From Phoronis australis (taxonomy: Eukaryota; Animalia; Phoronida), in contig NMRA01000038.1 in the NCBI GenBank assembly GCA_002633005.1, positions 537,501 to 580,213 of the forward strand: a DNA stretch of 42,713 bases. The letters are read 5' to 3'. Below, piece after piece: positions 14,301 to 26,300 of the stretch; within the stretch, counting starts at the first letter, position 1, and every line of letters begins with the position of its first letter. The position numbers were made by a program, and so were the translations under genes. The notes beneath the pieces are model-generated. The model did not search any database and had not been told where the DNA came from. It saw nothing but the letters and a program-made list of their open reading frames with translations.

Positions 14301-17300
14301 AAGGCTGGTTATTTTGCATCAAATAATAGGAACTTTACCAAATGTTGTTTTATGCCATCCAGACTATTTGTTCCTGGCTAACAATAGATTAAAATTTTCA
14401 TTATGATTTTGATTGAGAACATTTCACTTGTCTGCCATATTGTGAGCTAACTTGGTGAAAAATTAGACCTTACAATTAGTGGCAAAAGCACTGAGATGTG
14501 ATTGTGCCCAATTTCTTGGTAAACTAAGAAAATTTTGTGCTTCAGTCAGAAATGAACGGCACTGAAATACAAGTGAGGCTCACCAAATACTGAGAATTTC
14601 AGCACAATGCCATGTCTTTGAAAATGGGAAACCTGTTTTGGGAGTTATTTGCATTTGGATTTGAGGAAAACATTACAAAGCTCAAGGTCCAGGCATACCA
14701 AACTCCTCCTCAGAGAGTCTGAGCTTGTATTAACATCTTGAAAAAATGTATTATGGATGGGCGGAAATAGGTAGATTTGGACGAAACCATGACTCAAATG
14801 CGACACTGTCCCTTGCATTCTTAGTCAGATTACACAACACTTCGTCGGTCCCCACTAGCGTTTAGCGAGACCTACCTTGGTGTGACTCGGCTTAACCAAT
14901 GTATACAAGTATTTGGGTACAACTCTAGGCTAACATTATAACACCTCATTGACTGTATTTAGCCAAATTCTACAAAAAATATTTGACATTTTCTGAAAGC
15001 AGAGAGCCTATGGAGTTTAAAGAGACTTTCTCCATTTTGTTCATAATTGGGTCATGTGACCAGGTCATTTTCGTAAAATGTAGCAAAGAAAAGCACATTT
15101 AAAGCAAAATAATATCAATAAAATGACTAAATTTCATTTGATAGAAATGTTCGAGATTAAATTTCAGAAACGCTGTTACAGTTTTCTAAATTATTTTCTT
15201 TTCGTTTCACGCAACTTTTCAGTCTGTTCATGAAAACATAAATAGTCCTAGTTTTGATAGCCCCTCATGCAAAAGTGGAACATTCTATAAACAATTTCTA
15301 ATGGCACTTTGTGGGCCATGGTACATTCAAAGCAAAATAACAATATTAGTCATGAGACTGAATTTCATTCAGTACAAGTATATAAAACTGCATTTCACAC
15401 ATGTTGTTACAGTTTTATAAGCAATTATTTTATTTTTGTTTATGCAACTTTTCACTTTTCATAACCAAACAAAAAAGATTTATTTTGATAGCCCTCATGA
15501 AAAATTGGGCCACTTCAAAAACAATTCCTAATATTGTTATGGAGGAGAGTCTGACCATCATTTCTGAGATACAATGTACAAAGCTAGCTAAATTTGGACA
15601 TTTTTCAAGGTTGCTACAGAACCTAAAAGACAATGTACCTATGCCACTGGAACAGGACCAGTCCACTCTATGAAATGGGGTTCAAATAAACATCAGGTTC
15701 TTGAAACACTGCGCAGGACATTTCAGAATAATTTTCAGAAGGCAAAAAATCTTCAAAAGCAGATGTAAACATAGTACAACTAAATTCTGCTGGTATTACT
15801 TCTGCATAAAATTTGTCATCGGAAGTTTTCTACAAAGCGTGTTAATGAAACTCCCCCGCGAATGGAATCACCCACAACAAAACTTCCTGGCTGTGCTTCT
15901 GATGAATCGGACACCAGACAAAGTAATCAACCTATTTTCTTAGGAGGTTAAAAATGAAGTTAATAATACCGCCACCTACATAAGGGCACAGACAACGAGC
16001 CATTTGGGGAAAACAGTACTTCCAGGAAAAGTACATATTGATTTGTCACGCGCGACAGCTTGTCAGTGCACTTATGATGATGGTGGATACTACAGGTAGT
16101 AATCAACCTATTTTCTCATGTCAAAAATGAAGTCAATTATTCTTATACCAACATGGGGGCATTGACAATAATCTGTTCGAGGGGAATACAATTAACAACT
16201 TCCAGGAATAGTGCAAACCACATGTACTATTAATGGAGGAAACTTGTCATCAAGGTTATGTTCAATTTTGGTTAATTTTGGAACATCATATCCCAGTCGG
16301 ATTCACATGAAACTTTCAGGCAACACGTAAAAATTGGATTAACGGGACAGGAAACATCATGCTGGAGACGGTTAAAGAGCTCCGATTCAACTTTCGCAGC
16401 GGCAACTAGATTTGCGACAAATTCCTTGAACTTCAGGTCTGTGAACTTCAATTTTGAAAGTCACAGGGCTACTGTCTGGCTCAGATTAAGACGAGCACCC
16501 ACCTATAATTTCTTAAAATCTACGACTTAAGTGCCTGTCCCTACAACTTCCGGGCTCACCAATTAAGTGCCCATATCATTAACCTGAATGTTTATGGTAT
16601 GTACTTGAGGGTGCATAAAAATATATTCAGGGGTCAATGTTAAAAAAAACAAAGTCTACCAGGTGGTCTTTTCCAAGAACAACGTGTACTGTATATTGGA
16701 AAAATAAGGCAAATCCAACCAGAAAAGAAAAGAAAATGACGATTTTAATTTTTGAGTTCATTTCTTACAGCCTATGAAACAAGCCCACGCCAGAGTGTGT
16801 AGATGTTCCCACTGTGTGTATCACAAGCCGTAGTATTACAAAGGGTGCTGACATCATTCCAAAAATTCTCACAAGAAGAGCAACATCAGAACACTCAAAA
16901 TAAACTTTCATGACTTTTTCCTACCAAGTTAAATCTGGTACAAGAAGCGCGTAGATATAAACTGCGGAGCTAACTTGAGCAGTCCAATTAGTTTCAGTAG
17001 TTAACGGATATTGGAGTTATTGCTAGGTGGCGCTATAGTCTTTGAAGTTATCACAAGGTGGACCTTCACCATTGTCACAGCAGTGACCCCTGCCGATAAC
17101 ATCAATGAACACTGAGCTGGAGCATTCCCACAGTAGAATTGTGTTGACGCAAAATCACTCTAATTTGGCAGAAAGATCAGGACACCAAATGCTAACATTG
17201 CCAATAGAGGGTGCAGCAGTGGTCACAGGTAAACACCTGAACACTGAGTATATAGAGGGGAGTGCTAAGCACAATCAAATTGCCACAAAAAGGCGCAACT

Positions 17301-20300
17301 TTAGTCAGTTCGTCCGGTAGATGTTCCACAATCCTTAACAGCAACATGGATGCCAAATAAAATGATCATCCTTCAAGATGTTTGATTGAAACAGAGGTAT
17401 ATGATAAAAAAATGACAAAAATCATATTGCCACTAGGTGGCGCAAAAACGTGGAATTCCTTTGAAAATGGGCTAGTGAGTGGTGACGTCATCTCTTTGAC
17501 ACTGATGTATTTATCAGATAACACGTAATTTCATCCAATAAACAACTTTATAGCTACAGAGGACAAAAATAACATCGTTAATTGAGGGAACAGCAGTTGA
17601 ATTAATGCGAAAATCACAGGCTCGTCCGGCATTCTCATCTTGGTAGATGCCAAACTTCATGAAGTTTAAAGAGATTAAGCCTCAAACGATGACCGGAGAA
17701 GACTGGAATATGTGCGTACACACACATGCACGTACGCATGCACGCACGCACACATGCACGCACACATGCACGTACACACACACACACACACATACAAGGA
17801 CACCTGTATGTGTGCGCACGCTTCAAAATATCACATGTATTACGTTGATTATTCTAAATTGGAAACATACTACAGCAAAATCTTACCAAATCTCACCAAT
17901 TTCACACAAAAATGATAATTGCACTTTTTCACTATTTTCAAGAGCTCCAAACATTCTTGTAGATGCCAATGTTTTCATCAAAATATTGTCTGATGGTAAC
18001 TTTAGTACACAAATTTGGGGAAAAATATCTTTTAGGGAAGAACGATAAAATAAAAAAATTTCTCTTATCTGCCATATTGTGCCCTAAGTGAGATTTTGCC
18101 ACACCATGCCAACTGTTTCAGTTGGACCAGACCAGTTAATTCACTTCATGCCATCCCCTCCACTCCTAGTTAAAATCTAAGTCACCTAAAACAAATAAAA
18201 ACCCACATTTATAATCTGGCTAAGGAGACCTCAATAATTACTAATGCCTAGGGGAAAACCATAAATTAACCTGGCAAGAAAACTATGTCAGTCAATCTGT
18301 CCGACATTCCTAAGAGGACAAACCCCCCTCGTGGCTGGAAATACAGATAAAAGGTACTCTAGAGGCAGCCAACAGTTTGAGTGAACTTTTATTGTCGCCA
18401 ATAGTACAGTCCGCCCTCATTCGTCCTTCCTATAGGGGTGTCTAGGCTGTTATCTAGCTCCAATAGTTTATTGTCTTCCTTAATTGACCACACAACAGTA
18501 CTGGAATAATTAGGAGCTTTTTGTTGTAGAGTGGCTTTGGGGTTGTTGTTCGGAAGAGTCCACTTCTGATTATAGAGACNTGACTGATTCTTGTGACCTT
18601 GATCCTATGACAAAAACCCTAGAATCATTACCATATAAACCGTGTCAAACATTCACCAAGAATTTTCTAATCAGAAATACAAGACTAAAATAATTAGTAC
18701 TCTTGAAATTGCTAGGCTGGTTACAAATACACTAAATACAACGCGGATATAACAATAGTCCAGTTTAGAATCCAGCCAGTGAATTTTGTTTCATACAGCA
18801 GTTCTTAGAAAGTTCTCATTATACACAATATTCATAAAAAGAAAAAAGTCTTGAAGTAATTACTGACGTGTATACGCACCGTCAGGTTTGCATCAGTGAC
18901 GACTCCTATACTAGTAAGTGCCCGGTTGCATGAAACAGTCGACAGTGTTTCCCAAAGTCTTAGCCCATATGTGGGCTTTGTGCTAACACCGTTCTTCTGA
19001 TATTTTGTCGTCATTGTTATGTCAACTTTAGTCATTGTTATGTCAACTTTAAACTTTGATATATACGGAGAGTAAACTATGCGTTACAAAGGTGGATCCC
19101 GAAAGAGGGGTACAAGTAAAACGATAATGAAAATAATTACAGGCGGTCTGGTTCACGTCATACACAATGTGCACAGCCTACCCAGGTGGGGCCCATTGCA
19201 CTGGTGTTAATGCATAGTTAGAACAGAACTGAGGAGTGAGAGACCTGAGTGAAGGGTGAAGCAATGTATTGCACTTGTAAGTAAAGGAGGCAGGCACTTA
19301 TCCCACTAGGCCACAATACTTCTTGTAAAACGGTAGGTTTTTGAGATGAGTAGATAAACGGGAATGAAATTTAGTGTTGAGATTTCTGCACCTAGCGGCC
19401 TATAAAAATAAAAAAACGAAATTGTTTACTTTTTTGTGGTTTTCGTTAAATGCTTTGGAAAAAGGACCCCTTGAACCCTTCCCCTGGATCCACCTATGCG
19501 TTGAATACCTAACATTACTGTAAATAAATACACTGCTCAGCCACTATAAGACTGCTAATAAAGCTATATAAAGAACACTCGTCTATTGACAGACCCTGTC
19601 TTGCCACAATCCTGGATCCACCACTACTTACGCTGGGATGGGGAAAGCATGCAATTTTTCTCATTAGAACACGCAATGCAAAGTAAACCTGCATTGTTGA
19701 AATGTAAGAATGATCGCATTCCCTTCTTTGGCATTGTGAGGCCAAGAAATTGGCATTTGCTTAACCAAAGTTACAGATTACAGGACAGGCAGAGTCCATT
19801 TATCACAGGTGAACTATAGGTGGCACTGAACGTTGTCCACCAAATACAATGTCACCATCCAGCTTGGCAACTCAGTTCATTGCTTGTATTTTGTTTGAGG
19901 ATAGGTTCAGAAGTGAACTGATAACCAGTGACATTAATTTTACTTTCAAATATTTCAAAGCATTTCCCAGATGCATTGAACTGAATGAGGATGCCTGTAA
20001 TGCAACGGTCCCATTTGCATATGTGCATGCATTCAGGTAGTCAAATGGAATCCTTATTCCAAAGGTTCCCATGCAAGTAAAGCATGACAATACAGCAACC
20101 AACTGTGGCCATACACTCCTGTTTGGCACTGAAAAATTACTGGCATGTTCACCGCTAGTATGAGCCTAACTAGTTCCAGTTTCTTTACAGATGATCAGTG
20201 ATAACAAGTCTCAGGAACTTTAACTGGAAACGTACAATGGATTTTTGGACTGTTATGAGTGACTCAGAGTAGACGTCATTTTTACAATTAAATGGTCAAG

Positions 20301-23300
20301 CACTGTGTTTATTGTTAAGGGTACGTAAGGCCTTGATTACAAGTTTGTGCATTCAGTCAATTATAAAAAATTAACTCAAGAAATTAATTTATATTTCCAT
20401 AAAAAAGAATGCCAATAGAATTCTGACTCTTGACTTCAAAACAAACTTTAATTGACTGGGACACATGACCATGCTTTTTTTAGTAAAATTTAACAACTGA
20501 AAACAGAAAGGCACAATCATAGCAAAACATCAGTATGAATAAGATAACCAAACTTCATCTGATATAAATGTTCAAGATGAAATCTGAAAAACTAGCAACA
20601 GTTTTCTACGCTACCATTTCATTTCAACTTACACAACTATTTTCATTTTTTTATAAGAATCATATTTTTACAGCACTTCATGCCAGGAGTCGCTGCCTGA
20701 GAAAAACAAATCTAATCATAGCCCATGACATGAACAGACTACTTAACGAGGCCATATCTGATAACCGACAAATCGGCAAAGTCAGAACAATGGATTCCAA
20801 ATCACATAGAATAGGGAAACTTGAACTTTTGTTCTCGGTCTTTCAGAGTTCAATAATCAGCAAAGACTGTACAACCACTATGGTTGTCCTTGAGTGACCT
20901 CACAAATCGGGTCAGATAAGGTCACAAGTTCCAATTGGGGGTGAAGGAGCAATGGAAAGAAGAAAAAGGCCAGCCACTTTTAAGTCTACCAGGAGGTTGT
21001 GCTCATTGTTGAAAAAGGGGTGACAGAATGGTGCAGTGTCCGTCTCTTATCATTTCCAGTGGTAAATAATGTAAATTGAATCAAAGAAGATCATATACCA
21101 ACAACAACAGCATAAAAACGAATATGACCCAAAATAAGTACGAACGTAGATTCTCAACTACAACTGATATTTAGCAATACCATACCCACTTAAAATGATT
21201 CTTACCTAAAGCAAATGTTGGACTGACTATGTGCCTGACAAAATAGGGCACCCCAATAAAACAGTAATAGATTATTTTTGTTGGCTGACACAGCCAGATG
21301 TTTCTAAACCTGGCTTGATAAAAACAAGTCTAGTCTAGACACATTAATTCACATTATAGCTCTGACACTCAGGGAGTCATAGACTGGTTACTTGGTAACT
21401 AAGAAAGAATTTAAAGGCCCAATTAGGTCAAGACAATCTTCAACTCCAATAAATCAAGCTAGCTGAGCGCATCTTCCCAGTAGAAATAATCAATGAATTC
21501 CAATCAGTTCATTCCTTTAACACCTGTAATGAGGAACTCTGCCTACATTAAAACAACAAAGGGTTTCACGGTTTTCACCCCATAAGATGAACCAAAGCAA
21601 TGACTTTCAAACATATGCTGCACAAGGCTTCACAGCAGGGGAGTCCAATGGGATGCTAAAGTACATAAGCACTTATTCCAACACTGGTGAACTTTACTCA
21701 GAATAGTGCAGGCGACCCTCACAAAATAAATTTTCTGTTTAATTCAACCTCTCCACTTTGGCAAAAGCAATGAAATGGGCTTTAAATTTTTACTCAAACT
21801 TGTTGGAACTTAAACCAAGAGCACTTTTACTTTTAAAAAAAATAAAAAATTTCAATCAGTAAGCTTTTAAACTGAGGTGATTAAGACCCGTATAATCAGA
21901 GAAATCACATGTGACCGTCAGTTTAAATAGTTTCTGAATTATAGTCACTGAGACAATTTATACACTCAACATTTCCAGTAATTATTTTAAGAAATGTGAA
22001 ACATTGGCCGGCAAACAGAAAATCTATGTGATTTCAATCAGTTCAGAGGAATAAAACTCCAGATTAAATCACAACTCAAGCTACTTCACAACAAGATCTG
22101 AGGTTTTTTCGGTTCACACTGGGTTCAGCAGAGGCCGAAGAGCTCCCAGCTAGGAGCAGTTGGTAACACAACAGGGACATCTGGGGTCATAGAATGCGGT
22201 CAGCGATGACTTCGGGTCACTGTGGTACAACAGTGGGGTCACCTTAGACACATGAGCAATGTTGTAGAGAGCATCAAGGAAAATATGTGATTTAATACTT
22301 ACATCTTTTAGTCAACTGTGTCATTATCAGGGCACTTTACAATAAGATATAACATTCTGAAGAAATATCATTCTACAAAAACTGATAACCGATAAATGTA
22401 TATTAAACGCAAATGTATATATATAATGAGAAAATTATGCAAAAAAGGCTAAAACACAAAAGGCACAGAAGGATTCTTTGACAAGGACAGACGGCAACAA
22501 TTCCCCACGGTAACTGTGGTTAGGGATAACTGTGGATTGAGAAATATCCACTTTTGGACAACTTTGGAAATTCACAGCTCAGAATTGGCCCGTCTGATTC
22601 ACGTGAATCTTTCTGATACTATGTGCCTGCACTGCTCCAAATTGCTGTTAAAATTATTTTTAAAATGTTCCACTTTTGAACGAGGGGTTATCAAAAAAGG
22701 ACTAACATGACTTTTATGACAAAAAACCTTTACAGTTGCAAAAAAACGAAAGCAGAAGATTTTATCTTGACCATTTATATTGTACAAAATTTTCTCATGT
22801 TGTTGATCCTAAAGTTTTGCTATGAATGTACCTTTTTTACTAAATTTCACTAAAAAGGATGATCACGTACCTAATTAATGACAGAGTGGTATAAAGTTAA
22901 AAATTAAATTCCACTGAATTTCTAGTTTCAGGAAATATAAACATTTGTTGAGTAAGATTCTACAGTTTTGTAGATATTAGGCGGAGGTTAAATGTACAGT
23001 TTTGTCAATAAGATTCTGCATTACCTTAACATGATACTGGACACATAGATAATGATATTGGACACATAGATAATGATATTGGACACAATGTTTAGGGAGC
23101 TCGCTAACTTTTACGAGATCACAAAACCTTCATCTATCAACTTTTAAATATTCATTATCAAACTACACAAAAAGTATACATTTTCTGAAACCTTAGCAAG
23201 AACAAACACCAATTGCGCCATGAAATTTCCATAAGTGTTTGGTTATGTGGCTATTATGTTTGTCTATTATCTATTTTTTCATTTCTTGAACCATTAAAGT

Positions 23301-26300
23301 CACAAAAGTTCACCTCTTAAATATGCGTTTGTTAATTTCTGCAATGCAGGTTTAATCAGTTTACTACACCAGTTGGTTTTTAATAGGGTCGCAAAGCCAT
23401 TTTAATACTTAGTCAAAAAACCAGAGTCACCTTTGACTATTGACAGCCAAAATTTCCACAATTCTCGGGACACAATTCCCTTGACCATGGAGCATATAAC
23501 AGCCATGCAAATTGTCACGGAAATCTCATGCAAAAATCGCCGTTCAAAATTATTGGAATGCCAAGTATTTTTTCACAAGACCTGATCAAAGCTGACCAAT
23601 CTATACTGCTATGATAAATTATTTTAAGAACATTTGTTTTGAAAGTGATGAACTTGAGAGCACTATTCCCAACTGCTTTGTGTGTAACTATTTTCAATAA
23701 TCTCTTGTCTTTTACAAGTAGTTTTAATTTACATTATCACCTAATTTTGTAATTCTGATTATCTGTAACACTGTATTTTTATTCTCTGGTTGCTCCGTGG
23801 TCAGCGGACCCTTCACGTCCTTCACGGAGCCTACATAAGCATTAATTTGTATTAATTGTATTTTTGTCTTAACATGTACTACTAACTACTACTACTACTA
23901 CTACTGTGAGAATGACCAGGTTCAACAAAAAATAGCAGGCACTCAAACCAAACCTAAAATTTCAACACTTAATATTTTTGCCCTTTCGAACTAAGACAGA
24001 CAAGATTTCAACAACATTGTACCCAGGAAATCCCCTTCCAAACAGCATGGGGGGAAATATCGGTTCAGTTTCATTAATTAAAGGCTGGTTTAGTGCAGTC
24101 AAGGCCTAAACTGGTTGCAATCAAGTACAAACATATTAGGCTTTGGGTGTATTTGGTAGACACAGCTTATTTTACAATTCCAAAGGCTAATTATAGTCAT
24201 AAATTCTCATCGAATGCACAGTGAACTTGGTACATTAGAGATAAGACCATATCAAACTTGGTGACCGGGTTGTTCTCGTTTTTAACATCCCGTTATCAGG
24301 TCATTGGGAGACCCATTGAGAAGAAGTGGAACAGTCCATTTTGGGCACAAGGTGAAGGGGGTGTCCGAGTGATTGAAATCTAAAATTAATTGCAGCAATT
24401 GTGAGAGCAAAGCTTAAAGGGAAAAATTTATCTTGTTATAGATAATTTTTCAGAAAAAAATATGCTAAAATAATCATTCACATTTATGAAATCCGAAGGT
24501 ATATAATTGGTAGCAACAGTGCACCCATTTTCGACACCTTTTTACCTTATTTTGCACTGCCATGTACATTCTCACTAGGCTCACAAAAGTGTGTATCCAT
24601 GATTGACACCCCAATTTTCAACATTTCCAAAAGTACTATACTAGATTTCCTGACAAGTTAAGATTCAATTTAATTAAATTTAAGAGGAATTTTGAGTGCT
24701 ATTCAATATATATTTCTGCTTCAAATTTTCCTTTTTTTCAAAAATGGAAACTTGCCAATTGTCTACTTCCTCTGTTACTTCAGCCTGGTATTACCCGCAT
24801 TCAATAAAGCAAGATTTTGCGTAAACACGATTCAGACGGCATGTGCGCAGTGCAAGCTCTTGGCGTCTGAGACTTGAACAGAATTCAATGTAACGACTAA
24901 GACCATTAAATTCCTGTTTATTCAATGAAAATTGTGAGGGTGTCGATCGTGGGTACACTGATGCTAATACTACATTTCCTCAGAGTTTTAAAATTCAAAA
25001 ATATGAAAATCATGGGTGATAGTCAGGTTGAACACACGCGNCAGTTAAAAAACAAAAAGTAAAAGTTTGGGACTGGCATTTACGCACACGGCCTATTCAG
25101 GTTAGGTATTCATTGGTAAGTAAATTGAATGTATTGTAGGGCACTTACAGACACACTTTAAAGAACTTAGCATTAATTGTAACAATTGACGTTGGACATT
25201 TAACCGAACAAGCGGACCTGTCTGTTCCCAATGTAGATATGGAAATGTGTAGTAATTGTTGGGTTATTTTGCAAAATAAATAGCAGAAAGCACTTACGCT
25301 TTAAGCATGGGTGGTTTCTACTAATTTTTTATGTTTTTGCTCCACTTTACATCACATTCGTGAAGTAGAATTTTTACTGTTTACGTTATATTGAAATATT
25401 CGACAAATTGTTCATCTACACTTCACTATATTTCATTTGATACTTAAACATGCAGAGAATAACAACAATCTTTGACATAAAAAACACCAGAACAGAAAGG
25501 TCAAGATGGAACAGTCCATTACAGAAACAAAAATAAAGCATCAAATGGACTCTTCCAAATTGGTTGCCACTGTGAGAGCTCTTGTAGGATCAAATTAATC
25601 ACTCCAGAGCTTTCTGGCATAACCATCCAGGTTTTATGTCCATATTTATGCACAGGGACATAATAATATCTAAGTGGTATCAAATGTAAATTCATAACGT
25701 TCACCAGGCTCCAACTACCCGCACCCCTTACAGAAGCCAATATGTTAAAGTTAATCATTTGATGTATGAGAAAATCAGTCCATCTAATTTACTCAAGTTA
25801 TGGCCCAATTTGCAAATATTCACCAAAAAACTTGTCTGCACGAATTCAGCGTTAACAAAGCACACTTCACGATAGGCCTTATGAACACAAACATAACTCT
25901 CAGGGATGAAGTTAATGCAGCCATTCTTCAGCCAGACAGGGAGAGTCCATTTTACGGAAAGTCAATAGAATAACAGTTACTCTGAAACATAATTCAGACT
26001 ATTTCTTGGTATCTCCCAATCGTGACCTCTATTTGCTACTTCATATCTTCCCCAGAAAAACAAGTATCAAAAGGGTAAAATGCAAAAAATGAACATCCTG
26101 GATATCATTTATCATAATTATCACAAGCCATAAACTCAAGCCCTCACACAAGACCAACAACATCATGTATAGTTACAAACCAAACTCATTGCCTTTTCAT
26201 CCTGTGCACAAGATGTGGCAAGTTAAGTGCTCAGCAGACAAAGTCAAGGACATGGCCAGTAAGTCAAGGCTACAAACCAAACTCATTGCCTTTTCATCCT

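Noticed and set aside
16272-16451. 59-codon minus-strand ORF ([30 protein letters not shown]...) as a hidden exon
   Set aside because: No ATG, a stop just upstream, no good acceptor/donor pair and no recognisable homology
17635-18048. His/Thr- or Cys/Val-rich ORFs
   Set aside because: Translations of the CA/CACG microsatellite
19268-19279. miR-92-like TATTGCACTTGT
   Set aside because: Only the first 12 nt match, the 3' half diverges and no hairpin arm is evident
22303-22356. Possible 54-nt cassette exon (ttcttcag ... gtaagt) on the minus strand
   Set aside because: Poor exon-side donor context, in-frame TGA and AT-rich; such pairs are expected by chance in 20 kb
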